From the NCBI GenBank assembly GCA_013265495.1, contig MU061537.1:682001-746000 (forward strand): a stretch of DNA of 64,000 bases, written 5' to 3'. Of the stretch, positions 1 through 38,757 are shown in pieces. The notes beneath the pieces were generated by a model, which worked only from the letters and a program-made list of their open reading frames with translations, was not told the origin of the DNA and ran no database searches. The stretch's first letter is position 1. Every line of letters begins with the position of its first letter. Origin of the DNA: Vicugna vicugna. Taxonomy: Eukaryota. The translations under genes were made by a program, and so were the position numbers.

Positions 1-764
1 GAGCGAGAAACCACTGAAATGTGGAACACAAAAATACTCGTGATCCTGCTCTGAAAGAGCACTGTAGAAAGGATAAAGCACATGAATCACATGATACATG
101 TGTGAATGAGATTTATATCTTAAAGATGGTACAGATAGCCACTAATCTTTCCACATTTTCCAGCCATTAGGGAGCACCCCAGACTGGTTTGTATCTCATC
201 CTAAGTCTTAGGACAACTTCCTTACATCTCTCTGCCGAGGAACAACTCTGCCCATTATGAACACAATTCTTGATATTGTTTCACAGAGCAGTTTTGCTCC
301 TTGCCATCCCAACTAATTTTTATAAAACAATATTTTAGCTTTCTCTACGTGTAACCAAAAGACCCACTGAACCATTTTTCAAAACAAATCTATTGGCATT
401 TTTTTCTTTCCAAGCTTGGATCAGGTTCAGGGTTCTTTCTTTCGTGATGTGCTTTTCATGGGTTCCTCAGAAATTCCCTCACTAGAGTTATCTAACTGCA
501 GATCCCTCCAGATCAATGTTTCTCCTCTGGCTGGTCTTTACAATGCTGAATCCAAGTTCACCTCCAGCCATTTTCTGTTAAGGTAACTTCATTCTAGCAG
601 AAAGCCCTCTTGGACTAGATTCTCTTTTATGTGACACCGCCCCCACAGAAGTCTTGTCCCTATCTGGGGTCCATACTGGGTCCTCAAAAAAAAATCCCCC
701 TTGAGCAATTCAGTCTCAACTCTGACTTCTTCTCTGTTGCCACAGGCTGCTTCATCCAAACTCT

Positions 765-822
765 TTCCTTCCTTCCTTCCTTCCTTCCTTCCTTCCTTCC
801 TTTCTTTCTTTCCTTCTTTCTT
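765..822. repeat. (CTTC)n/(CTTT)n microsatellite, probably the degenerate tail of the adjacent minus-strand L1
   Basis: Tetranucleotide run visible directly, abutting L1 3'-end-like sequence. Confidence 0.85.
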
Positions 823-1700
823 TCAAATTTTATTTTCTTACGGTAAGGACACTTAACATGGGATCTACTTTCTTAACAAATCTTTAAGTGTACAATACAT
901 GACCACTGACTATACATACAAGGTCATACAGCAGGTCTCTAGAGCTTAATCACCTGGGTTCACTGACATTTTATTCCTGTTGATTAGTAACTCCGCATGA
1001 CTAACGACGTTGAGCACATTTTCATGTGCTGACTAGCCATTTGTGTATCTTCCTTAAAGACATGTCTATTCAGATCCTTTGCCCAGTTTTTAATTGGGTT
1101 GTCTAATTATTATTTAATTGTAAGAATACTTTAGGTACTCTAGATACAAGTCCCTTTTCAGATATAAGATTTGTGAACATTTTCTCCCATTCTGTGAGTT
1201 TTTCACTTTCTTGATAGTGTCCTTTGAAGCGAAAAAAAAAGTTTTAAATTTTGATTAAGTCCAATTTATCTAGTTTTTCTTTTGTTGCCTGTGCTTTTGA
1301 TGTCATATCTAAAAATCCTCTGCCAAAGCCAAAGTTATGAAGGTTTACTCCTTTGTGTTCTTCTAAGAGTTTTATAATTTTAGCTGTTACATTTAGGTCT
1401 TTGATCTATTTTGAGTTAATATTTATATACGGTGTGAAGTAAGGGTCCAACTTCATTCTTTTGCATATAACTATCCAGTTGTTTCCTTTACTCGTTGAAT
1501 GGTGTGGGCACTCTTCTCAAAAATCAGTTGACAATAGATAAATGAGTTTATTTCTGTACCTTCAACTCTATTCCATTGATCTATATGTTTATCCTCATGC
1601 CAATACCACACTGTCTTAATTACTGTGGCTTTATGGTGAGTTTTGAAATTGAGAAGAGGGAGTCTGCTGACTTTGTTCTTTTCGGTATTGTTTTGGTGGA
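823..1700 (-). mobile_element. LINE-1 (L1M-type) 3' fragments
   Basis: T-rich antisense L1 text, e.g. 'gttgagcacattttcatgtg...gccatttgtgtatcttc' and 'ttttgatgtcatatctaa...gtccaacttcattctt'. Boundaries approximate. Confidence 0.8.
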
Positions 1701-2246
1701 TTAAGTTTTAATAACTGAAATTGATAACTTCTGGAACATACCTGATTTTTCAGTAAGAGATGAGACTGACGGCACAAACATAGTGATTAGAAAAAGTAAA
1801 ACAATTTTATGTTCATACCTAGTAAGTTAAGACTCCACAATAAATTAGTTACAGTAAGTACTCTTAGAATTTGAAAAAATATTAAAGAACAATTTGGACA
1901 TAAAACAGAATTGGGGAGTTCAAGATGAGTTTACCTGGATCTTAGAGAGCAAGAAAGCCACAGTTGATTTCTGAGTTATACACATTTGCTAACATTTTGC
2001 CTTGGAGTATTTCTCCAGCTTTTACATGTGTGTATACATTTTAAGTCACCTGATGTTATCAGTTTCATAAATGCCTCTTAAATCTTGCTAATTTTTTTTG
2101 AAAACTCTCTTTGGTTTCCACATATCATTATTAAGAAAACATACACACACATACAAACCAATAAACTTGTTTTATCCTCTTTTGTCTAGGAATATGACAG
2201 ATCTGAAGATATACCTGAGAAAGTAGCTACAGCTGGACCAGGGTAG

Positions 2247-2432
<186 letters not shown>

Positions 2433-2494
2433 ACTGTGAAGAAGCCTGGTAGACTTCCCTTCTCAGGAGGTTTGAAATCTTTTATACAGGCTTT

Positions 2495-2598
2495 GTTTTT
2501 GTTGTTGCTCTTGTTGTTAATCAAGGCACTGCGGATTGAACTGAGGACCCTGTGCATGCTAAGCTCGCGCTCTACCACTGAGCTATAACCCCCACCCC
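2495..2598 (-). mobile_element. tRNA-derived SINE (camelid Vic-1-like) in the CTXND2 3' UTR
   Basis: Reverse complement reads GGGGTTATAGCTCAGTGGTAGAGCGCG...CTTAGCATGCAC...GTTCAATCC (A and B boxes), followed by an (AAC)-rich tail. Confidence 0.85.
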
Positions 2599-3134
2599 TA
2601 TGCAGACATTTATGACACAGACTTTATATTATTTCACCTCCCTATTTCTTAGCCTTCTTACTCTTGCCTTCCACAACGGGCACGTGAGGGTGAGTTGAGA
2701 ATAATAAAAGGGATGAAACACAGCCAGTCTGAATTATTCCTATTCAGGGAAACTGTTACCAAAGTGGGACAGAGACAGGTTGAACTTACTAAAATAAGGC
2801 CATGGGTTTCAATCCTTTGGTGCCTAATATTCTCAAGAAAAGACAGTTGGCCATAATTTTATGATATAATATAATATAATGTCATGATGCTTGGTAAAAC
2901 TAGAAGCCCTCCTAGAGTGGTCCTATGAAGTCCCTTTAGTTATGCAAATATAAGGCCAGCAGGAACCAGCTGTCCTATGATAAGAGTCTAACAGAACCTT
3001 TTTAGTGTGTGAAGTTTTATAAAATCTTCTGCCCTTCTCATGTGGGCAGAGCTCTGTGGCAGAGGGGAACTATTTTCTTTGGCTGAATCCCTTAATCTCT
3101 CTCTGCCCGAATTTCCTGTTCTAGAAAATAACAT

Positions 3135-3595
3135 CTAATGAGTTGAAAAGGGGCCCTCAAATGACCTGCTCGTGTCCTTACCCCTGGAATCTATGAATGT
3201 GACCTTATTTGGTAAAAGGGTCTTTGCAGATGTAATTCAGGATCTTAAGATAAACTCATCCTGGATTAACGGGGTGAGCCCTAAATCCAATGACAAATGT
3301 GTTTATAAAAGACAGAAGAGGAGAAGACACAGAGAGATAGAGGAAAAGGTCATGTGAAGATGAAGGCAGAGATTGGACTTATGCAACCACAAGCTAAAGA
3401 ATCCTTGCCTGGAACCACCAGAAGCTGGAAGAGGCAAGAAAGAATTCTCCCCAGAGCCTTTGGAGGGAGTGCAGCCCTGCCAACACCTTGATTTTGAAAT
3501 TCTAGCCTCCAGAACTCTGAGAGAATAAATTACTGTTGTTTTAAGTCACCTAGTTTGTGATAATTTATTATGGCAGTCATGGGAAACTAACACAT
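3135..3595 (+). mobile_element. MaLR LTR (MLT1 family) solo LTR
   Basis: 'gaatgtgaccttatttgg...gggtctttgcagatgtaatt', 'ccaccagaagctggaagaggcaag' and 'gcctccagaact...aataaat...gttttaagtcacc' are typical MLT1 motifs. Confidence 0.85.
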
Positions 3596-5294
3596 AACAC
3601 ATGATGATTATGGTCACAATCATCATCCCAGGGACTTTTTAAAAACATTTTTTAATTAAAAAAATGTTTTTTAATTCCCAGGGATCTTTTAATAGAAAAG
3701 AGGAGGAAATCATAATCCCTACTTTTCAAAGTCTGAAGTTAGGAAAGTTTGGCAAACTCAACTGTGGCTAACATGCAGGAAAGTCCCTAAGAGCATTCAC
3801 TAGAAGGAAAGGCGGCATCTAGGCCACTGATCAAGGCTCAACACAGGTTTGGCTCAAGAGGACTGCTTCTAGCACAGTAAATAATAGAGATTAGAGCTCT
3901 CAGGTCCAGATGTTCTAGGCAGCAGTGACCTAGCCTGGGCTGTGAATTAAGAGAGACATAACCTTGGAATCTAGCTGTGGGGCATCATTTGGGATTGTGC
4001 AGGGACTTGGACCAACATGCAGTCACTTCAGAGGACACATATATCCTTGAGACCATACTGGATCAGGTTTTAGTAGCAATGCCAAATGGTATGGAGACAT
4101 AATTTTAGCCATGCACTGTTAGACAGAGACTTGATAATTGTGTCTGTTTCTGACTCCCAGAAGCAAGGCTTCCCCTCTCCTTGGCCTGAGTAAGTCCTCA
4201 GGATTGCTGAAAATGGAGGCAGGGAAACAAAGCCTTCCAATGGAGCCACTAGACTTTGCCTTTACCAGAACAAAGGGTGCAATATTGGTTAAACTGGAGA
4301 GAGAATTTTGATGAAAAGAAATTCAGAGTAAAGTGTAGGTCAGGGTGAAATAAAAACAGATTAAGATTGAAGTCACTGCTTGAGGGTTACATGTGTCCCC
4401 TCCAGAAACTCAGAAATTAATCTTTTCCTATAATGTGTATGCGCAGTCAAACTGTAATAATTCTACCTAATAAAACTGAAAGAGGAAAAAAAAAGAAATT
4501 AACCTTTCCCTAACCCTTAAAATAAATGCAAGAGAAACATATGATGAATGACAGCATCAATATACAGTCGCTAGAGAGTCACAGATTTGACTGTTATCTT
4601 ACTTTCTCCAGTAATCTAAGGGGGAAAAAATGCATCAGTCAGAAGAAGTGGATCATCTATGGAAGCAGAGAAAAGAGGAGCAACCCCAGGCAAACTCAGA
4701 CAGAGCCAACGTGAATGCTGTTCAGGAGAGCAGGCGACTTCGCCATTGCACAGCAGAATATATCCAGTTCCAGTAGCCAGATAGTCTTTGGTGTGGAGAT
4801 TCAGGGAGTTGCAGCCCACAGACCTTGGATCTGCCTGTTTTTATTGCCCTCATTATCTTTGTTAATCTGGTGTCCTTAAACATTCTTTTCATCTACCTAA
4901 ACTCGCAGCTTAGAAACCCAGTTGGTCTGCAGAGAAGTCTTATTGGGCCAGACTCCTTCCAGTGCAATCTACAAAGCATGAGTAGGGGTATGTTGGGATA
5001 AAAATGCTGCAGGTTCCTGGATACTGCCTTGTTTCCCAATCCTTCTTTCTAAAGATAACAGCTATTATGGTAGTTTGTTTTTGCATATCTGTTTATCTTT
5101 CCAGACATTCTTCTTTTGTTTTTATTTTTAAAGTAATATTTTTGAATAAACTAACCATTTTCATGTTTCAAAATCCACAAGGTATATAATAGTGTAATGT
5201 AAAACCCTTACTCCTACTCTTGTCCCACACCCTCCCAGAGACAACCAGTGTTAATTTCTTAGGTATCTAGCTAGTGATATTGGTGAGGGGAAAT

Positions 5295-5398
5295 TTAAGT
5301 TTATTTATTCATTTATTAAGAGAGGTACTGAGGATTGAACCCAGAACCTCATGCATGCTAAGCATTCACCCTACCACTGAACTATACCCTCCCTCCCA
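5295..5398 (-). mobile_element. tRNA-derived SINE (Vic-1-like)
   Basis: 'gaggtactgaggattgaacccag...catgctaagc...ctaccactgaactataccctccc' preceded by a (TTTA)n tail. Confidence 0.85.
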
Positions 5399-6444
5399 TC
5401 CAGTGATGTTTTATGTATAGGTAAGAAAAATGTACATTTTTGCCAATATTTAACAATAGCATAGTATAAAACCATGTTCTGCATCTGCTTTTCTCATTTA
5501 ATAATGTATCTCAAAGATCACTCCATATCAATGCACAAAGATCTTCCTTAGCCTTTAAAAAAAAAACAGCTGAACAGTATGCCTTTGTTTGGGTGTACCA
5601 TAATTTGTTTAACCAACCTCTGCTGATGAAAATTTATTTTGTTTCTAAATATTCTGTTATTCCAAACAATGTTGCAGAAGATAATTTAGTACTTTATTAT
5701 CTTTCAAAAGTATATAATATTCCTAAAGGATGACTTGCTGATTTAGAGTATTGCAGAATTTACAAAATTTTTGAATGGGTTGTCAACATTCAAAACTCAG
5801 AAGCTTTCATTTAAAAAAAATATGGATTTTTAAGTTCACTTGAAAAATTGGCAATCTGGCAGCATTGTATCTGTCACACAGGACAAAAATTGTCTGCTCC
5901 CTGTAGGGGAGACATGTATTTCCCAGGTGACTACAGCCCTCACTGACCTCATTTTGCTCATTATATTACTTTCCTGATGTCTGAAACCCTCTAAGTTCTT
6001 AATCCTTATGTTCCTTTGTTTTGATTCTGATATCACACAATAACCTTCAAATTATGATCTAATTTCCCCTGTCTGCAAGGAAAGGATCATTTGGCATTCC
6101 AAGGGTTTGGCCCCAATACTATGATTTCTCATGACCAAGTAGCATGTGGTTGTGATTTTTCAATATATTACAATGGATTACAGGAGTGAATGTGCTGAGG
6201 ACACCAACATGAGCATTCCAATTGGTGTATCAGTTATTTATTATTTTACATTATTAAACTGCCAATAATCTGTCTACTTCAATAATTTGTAAATTTTAAT
6301 AATGTGAGCCATATATATCAGGTCGTGACCATCTCTGACAAGAGTTAGTCTTCAGCCCTTAACAAAAACAAAGCCAGAGCTTGGCTCCCTAAATACTGCC
6401 TTGGAAAGGATTATACAGCTCAAACCTGCTTTTCCTATATAGTT

Positions 6445-6592
6445 TAGTGCTTCTTAAATTTCAGTGAGCAAACAAATTGCCTGGAGGGGGGGGTCTTATT
6501 AAAATTCAGATTCTGATTCAGTACACCACTAGTGGGGCCAGAGATTTAGGATCTCTAACGGGTTCCCCGATTGCACGTTTAGTAGCAAGTCC
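6445..6592. mobile_element. MER5-like hAT DNA transposon remnant
   Basis: 'tagtgcttcttaaatttcagtg...cttattaaaattcagattctgattcagt...gtggggcc' resembles MER5A/B. Confidence 0.55.
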
Positions 6593-6834
6593 TTACAAGA
6601 CACTTCCTGAGTCCTACAGCTGATCTACTAGACTGATTGCTTCAGCTTCTCAGGGCAATGAAGAAATCAGACTGAAATATGATGCTCCAAATAGCTCCTG
6701 TTTCTCTTCAATATTCGCTGTTGCTCATTTCTACCCCCAGCCCACCCAACACACACACATCAGAAAGCTGGAAGAAGCTAACTAATAAAAACATAATCGC
6801 AACAAGATCTTGTGGTAGCTCACAGTGAAAAAAA

Positions 6835-6950
6835 AAGTGACAGTGAATATATGTATGTTCATGTATAACTGAAAAATCGTGCTCTACACTGGAATTTGAC
6901 ACAACATTGTAAAATGACTATAGCTCAATAAAAAAAATGTTTAAAAAATA
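6835..6950 (+). mobile_element. Short young L1 3'-end fragment
   Basis: 'atatatgtatgttcatgtataactgaaaa...gacacaacattgtaaaatgactata...aataaaaaaa' is an artiodactyl-type L1 terminus with poly(A). Confidence 0.75.
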
Positions 6951-7191
6951 ATCAGAGCAGAGCAAAGATTTCCCTTTAATCAACACACATTACAGAGCAC
7001 CTCGTGCACAGGGCAGCATGTCAGGTGGTAGGGGAAACACTGATGATTAAAACAGGACCTCAGCCTTGCGTTAATCACAAACCAACAGAGGAAACACACA
7101 TACATAGATAACTCCCAAGTGGAAAGGAACTAAGGTAATGGAAGCCCAGAGGCAGGAACCAATTCCAGAGCAGGGTGAGTGATGGTCTAGA

Positions 7192-7372
7192 ACAGTGATT
7201 TTTATACTCTGGTCCCAGTACCAGTACCGTGGGCATCACCTCAGAAAATCGTAGACGTGAAAATTCTCATACTCTATCCAGACCTACCCCAAGGGTGTTG
7301 TGGGGGGCAGCAATCTGTGGCTTAAGAAGCCCTCCAGGAGCTTGATACATGCTAAATTTTGACAACTGCTAG
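7192..7372. mobile_element. MER5A-like DNA transposon
   Basis: Ends cagtgatt...acaactg; internal 'gcatcacc', 'gcaatctgtg...aagccctccagg'. Confidence 0.6.
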
Positions 7373-7949
7373 TCTATAAAAACTTCACAGAGAAGATGTT
7401 TGAATTGGACTGTAGATAATTAATATTTCACCAACAGAAAGGGAAGGGTCATTCTAGGAGACAGATCACAGTAAACAAAAGTATGGAGATGTAAAAGTGA
7501 AATGCACAAACATGGTGGAAAAATAACATACCATAAGGAGCATGAAGGGAGAAATGGGAAACGGGCCAGAGAGGTAAGTTGGGGCCATATTATGAAGAGC
7601 CTCAAATTTTATATTGTGAAGTTTGAACATAAAGAAAATACAATTTTAAAGCAGGGGAGTGACATGATGGGACCTACTATAGGACTGATCCACATAAGGC
7701 CAACCAGTTAGGAGGCTATTTTGTCTTGGCAAGAAATAAGAACTAAATAAAGGCAGTAGAATAGGAAATGGAAAGGAGGGAAAAGATACAATAAGCACTT
7801 ACAAGCTAGGATAAACAAGTTGTCTTACATAATGGTTTAAAACCACAAGCTGTAGGGCCAAACTGCCATACTCTGACACTTTTTATCTCTGTAGGTTTGG
7901 GAAATTTAATTCTGTGCTTCAGTTCTCTCATCCATAAAAAAGAGACAAT

Positions 7950-8430
7950 AATATATACAATGAAATATTATTCAGATGAAAAAGAACGAAATCTTGCCAT
8001 TTGTGACAAGAATGAATCTAAGGGCATAATGCTCAGTGAAATAAGTCAGAAATGGGTGAAGGTTGTTGAAAGGTACAAACTTCTACTTATAAAATAAAGA
8101 AGTCATGGGGATGTAATGTACAGCATGGCAACTATAGCTAATAATACTATATTGTGACACAACATTGTAAACTGACTATACTTCAGTTAAAATGTATATA
8201 TACCAAAAAAAAGAAAGAACTGGGAAAAATTAATATTGTATTTCATGTTTGAAAATTGCTAAGGAAGAAAAACTTAAAATTTCTCATCACAAGAAAAAAT
8301 TATGGCTGGTGACAGATGTTAACTAGAATTATTGTAGTGATCATTTTGCAATATATACAAATATCAAATCATCATTTTGTACATCTGAAACTAACATAAT
8401 GTATGTCAATTATACCTCAATTTTTTAATT
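7950..8430 (+). mobile_element. L1MA-type 3' end
   Basis: 'aatcttgccatttgtgaca...gggcataatgctcagtgaaataagtcaga...atgtcaattatacctcaa'. Confidence 0.8.
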
Positions 8431-8919
8431 TTAATTTTAAAAAAGGAGACAATAATAATGGATTATGATAAAGATTAAATAAATTAATAACTGTAAAATG
8501 CTTAGAACAGTGCCTGGTATGAAGTAAACACTCAACAAATATGATGCATGTGTGTGTTTTATAAGAAGTAGTATGTCTAAAATTTCTAGCTCAGGTTAGA
8601 AAATAATGCCATCGTGAGATAAGTTAGGAACATTTTGAATTTCAAATATCTAGAGGAGACCTTTATTTCTCTGTACCCCAATTCCTGCTGTCTTAGCAAT
8701 TGGAAATAGCCACTTCAAGTGGTCCCAGGAAACTGGCGGGCAAGTGAAATGAGCACAAGTGCAAGTATAGACAGCTGGAGAGGATTTCAAAAACTTCGAT
8801 GATCCTGGCTGCTTGGGCCCTATTTCCAATCTTACACAGAAGGTTCTGGTTTATACTTTTAAAATAAAATTAGGTGCAGTTAGTGTAAAACTAGCTGAAC
8901 AAATTAAAGCAATAATGAG

Positions 8920-9282
8920 ATTCTGTGGTAGTCAATAGTGCTGGTTCATCAAATACAGCTGCTTCTCCCTCCTTCCAGAGATGAGACATGACTGTTCTTC
9001 CTGGCCCCCTTGTGGTTGGGTAGAGTCTTATTACTCATTCAAGCCAATGAGTTGTAAATTAGTGTCCTGAGTCACTTTAATTGCCAATGTGAGACCCTCT
9101 AGTGTTCTCTCCTTATGGCAGGACAACTCATCAGCCTGGGTTTCTGAGTAGCTATGAGCTATAAGCAGAGCGCCACTGTCAACTTTCTAGAGATGACGAC
9201 GCAGTGTGAGCAAGAAATACGTGTTTTCTGTTTTAAGCTTTTGGAGTTGTTTTTGTAACATAACTTGGTCTGTCCTGATACA
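8920..9282 (+). mobile_element. Old MLT1-type LTR
   Basis: Starts tgtggtag; ends 'gtgagcaagaaata...gttttaagc...gttgtttttgtaacataac...ctgataca'. Confidence 0.6.
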
Positions 9283-9939
9283 GGTATTAGTTTAACACAT
9301 ACCAATTAAAAAAATTAAACAGTTAACATCTAGTCCTAATGAGGGTGTGGGGGAAAAGATACTTTTAGAGATTTGCTAGTGGAAGTAAAAATTGTTTCAA
9401 TCTTTTTGAAAAGTAATTTGACAGCAGATTCTAATAAAAATGAGGAAAAGTACATTATTTTTACTGAGCTTCCTTTTTGGGGAACCTCTTTACAGAAATA
9501 AGAGTAGAACTACAAAAGGATGTTAATGCTTATTGTTGCATTATTTGCAGGAGCTAAAAACTGAAAACAATTTTAATTTCTAAACATGGTTTAGTCATAC
9601 TATGAAGTATTATGCAACTGTCAAAAAGACAACATTTATCCTTTTATTGACTTCAAGGGATGTCCACATATTAAGTGAAAACAAAACATCAAAAAAAAAA
9701 TCCACGTTTGACCTTGTACACACAAGCCTAGAAAACCTCCTCAAAGGATCAGGGGCGGTTAAGTGACAGAGGTGGAGAGCGTATTTTCATGTTTTTCTTA
9801 TTACATCTTAATATTCTTCGATTTGTTACAATTTGTACGACTTACATAAGAAAACAAACTCAAGTAAAAGTGAGAAGAAAATCTAAACCTACCAGTGTTT
9901 GCCTACTGAGCCCTTACACAATAAACTTAGCTATTTCTA

Positions 9940-10550
9940 CCATCAGGTGTGGGGGGTGGAAGAGGCGGGGCCTACACGGGCCACGCCTCCCTTACCCTGC
10001 CAGTCGTTTCTCACGTGTGCCCTGGAAGGCTCTGCTTTGACGCACGCGTACTCGCCTGAGTTTTCCCGGCCTTTGAGGGGCGCCCTGCGGCTTTGGGTTT
10101 GACCCCGTCAGGCTACCGTCGTGGCGACCGGAACGGCACCTCAGGTTTGCTTCCGGCGTCTTTTTTTGCTTCCCCTTCCCTCCCTCACGCTTTTTCCCCT
10201 CCCCCTGCTCCCTTTTCCCTTCGGTTTCGTTCTTTCGTACCGAGGCGGACCCCTGACTCGTGAGTCTGGGGTCTGGTTGGTGAGAAGAGCCATCGTAGCA
10301 GGCAGCAGGGAGGTGTGGGAAACACTGTTAATTGAGGTATTTGGAAGGGCTTGTCTGGAATGTTTTGTTTGTGGTAGGAGGTCGGGCGAGGGTGGGAAGG
10401 AAGTCTTCCCTGAGAGACTAGCGGGGGCGGGGTTGAGCCGGGTCTGCGGGTGGGTGGGACGCACCCCTAAAATGGGTAGTGGGGCGATGTGTGGGCAAAA
10501 GGAAAATGGAGGCGGTGAGAACTGGCGCTGGGGTCGCACGGCACCCTGGC
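9940..10550 (+). promoter_or_regulatory. SETDB1: SETDB1 CpG-island promoter and non-coding exon 1 (about 10135-10312)
   Basis: Sharp rise in CpG density; GC box near 9963, E-box CACGTG at 10012, ETS motifs CCGGAA (10128) and CTTCCGG (10150). Likely donor gggag|gtgtgg at 10312/10313; an alternative ttg|gtgaga lies at 10279/10280. Confidence 0.8.
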
Positions 10551-11228
10551 ATCAGTTTTGCTTTAACTGATCATAAAAGCAGTTAAAACCAATATATGGG
10601 GGGTATTTGAATTGTCGAGTTTAGGTAGCCACATTTTATTCCCAAATTGCTTTATTTCTCTTTATTTGGGGGAACCTCTTTGCTGCAAGCTTTTGTGTGC
10701 TTAAGTAATGTAGATTTCTTAAAACGTAAATTTCCACATGAAAGCAAAGTAATGCAAGGGGAAAAGTGAAAAAACAACGAATCAGTGAGTTACAGACCAA
10801 ACCCTCCTCTCCAGGTGGGGATATGTGCTTAAATTAGGCATAGCGTGCAAATAAAGATTTATCTCATTAGTCAGTTAACGCAAGTCACAGAAATATTTTC
10901 CTCAAGAAAAATATTTTCCTCAGTTTCCTAAAACATTATTTTCGGTAGCTCCATGTTGCATAATATATGTTCTGCAGGCCCTCTCAAATTTTGCATTTTA
11001 TTCAGGCCTACAGTCTATAGCCTACACGAGATGAGAACACTACAAAATCTTCACATTCAGATACTGGAGAATGGGGAGAGAGAACATGGAATCAAACCTA
11101 ACTACGTATATTTGAATAACAAGTAGCAGAGTAGGGATGAGTTTTATTAGGGGACTGAAATTCTCTATTGTGGCTTTAATAACTCCAAAAGTAATTTTAG
11201 TTTCCTGCTCCATGTAGAGGACAACAGC

Positions 11229-37261
<26,033 letters not shown>

Positions 37262-38757
37262 AGGGCAGCCTCCTTCCTAACCTGAACCCTTCCGGAACTG
37301 CCCTTTCCTCAGGAACTGGGTCTTCCTGACTGCTGAATTCTGACCCCCCCAACCCAAGTCTCCAGTCTAGCTATGCCCCCAGGTCCTAGTAGATAGAAAT
37401 GGGGGTTCTGGATCAGGAGATCTCTTCCACTGTGGTGCTAGCAGGCAGGCCCCCTCCTCCACCTCCTAAGGCACCTGGGGTGGGAAAGGTTACCACTCTA
37501 CCCTGGGCCTGACGTCCCTTCTGTCCTCCTGTTGCTCACCCTTCCCATCCTATCTTTGTTTGTGTCCATGCTTCTAACAGACTTTATGCCTGGAATGAGG
37601 GCTGTATATTTTACTATCCCTGGTTTGTATTGTTTCTTGAAAGTCTTTTAACAAGATGTTAAAACTAAGATTGTGATTTGATTTCTCTCCCTCAGCTCCC
37701 ACTTCTGGGTCTTTTGATGAGAGGCCTGTTTTTCCCATTTTTCCCAGTGGGCAGCTGTCATTAGTCTTGACCCTTCTCTGCTTTTCCTTATTGGCCATAT
37801 GAAATTTTAAAATGTTACATAACCATTAGGAAGGCATGAGGAATACTACCTTAGTTTATTTAGTTGATCCCTCTCCTCGGTTCTTAATAGTCTCAAACAC
37901 TTGTTGCCATGTTTTACTTAATCTTTAATATATTTTAATTAAAAAAAACCCATTAACAGTACATTTTGGTCTGAAGTGGTCCCTCTGCTGAAATGCCAGG
38001 TGCTAGCTGTCATTCTGGCTTTAAAACCAAAACCCCAAACATTTAATAAATAAAAATTAGAACTAGTTGCCATTCTACTCCAAACCAGCTAGCCTAGGGA
38101 AAGAGGCCAGAGAAAGGAGGCAGTAAGATCCTGGACCTGTAACTGCAGGACAGCTGGCCGAGAAGTAACAAGACTGAGTAGTCCCCAGTGTGGCCCCCAC
38201 TTTTTGGCAGAGGTAGGATAAGGGTCGTGTGCACCCTCCTACGCTCAATTCATTTGTATCTTAGGAGGGAAGAAGTTAAAGTCAGCTCAGCTTTGGTTTC
38301 TGGTCCGAGTTAGGGAGCTTAGAAAGGTGAGCCCTGGTCCAGCTTTGGCAGAATGAGGCCCACAGGTAGGACAGTAAGGCACGACCCTGGCTCTGGAGGT
38401 CAGGGAGTCAAAGGCAAACAGCTAGGGCCCAATTCTGAAGAATAAGGAATGTGAGTTGTAACCCCATCCCCAGCACTGAGGAAAGGTCTTGAAATAGAAC
38501 AGACAATTTGGAAAATAGAGAGGAAAATAAGACCATCCCCCCTCTAACCAAGGATACAGCCGACCTCCCCTTTCCTGGGGGCAGGCTGGGTGGAATTTGG
38601 CTTAAAGGCAACTGGGTGACAGGGAAGCGGGGTGGGGGCACAGAGAAGAACACTCTCCTCTTCTCCTTTCTCCCCAGGGCTTAAAGTGACCCTGTGGGGA
38701 GGGTGGGGTAGTTCCTTGGCTTTATGCAGTAATCTGAGGGGCAGCAGGGACAATGTT

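Noticed and set aside
4601..4776. Acceptor-like ctttctccag followed by a 48-aa ORF (MHQSEEVDHLW...)
   Set aside because: No recognisable homology or supporting exon chain; compatible with chance.
10121..10570. 149-aa and 132-aa ORFs over SETDB1 exon 1
   Set aside because: Non-ATG starts, promoter/UTR composition, and they cross the exon-1 donor.
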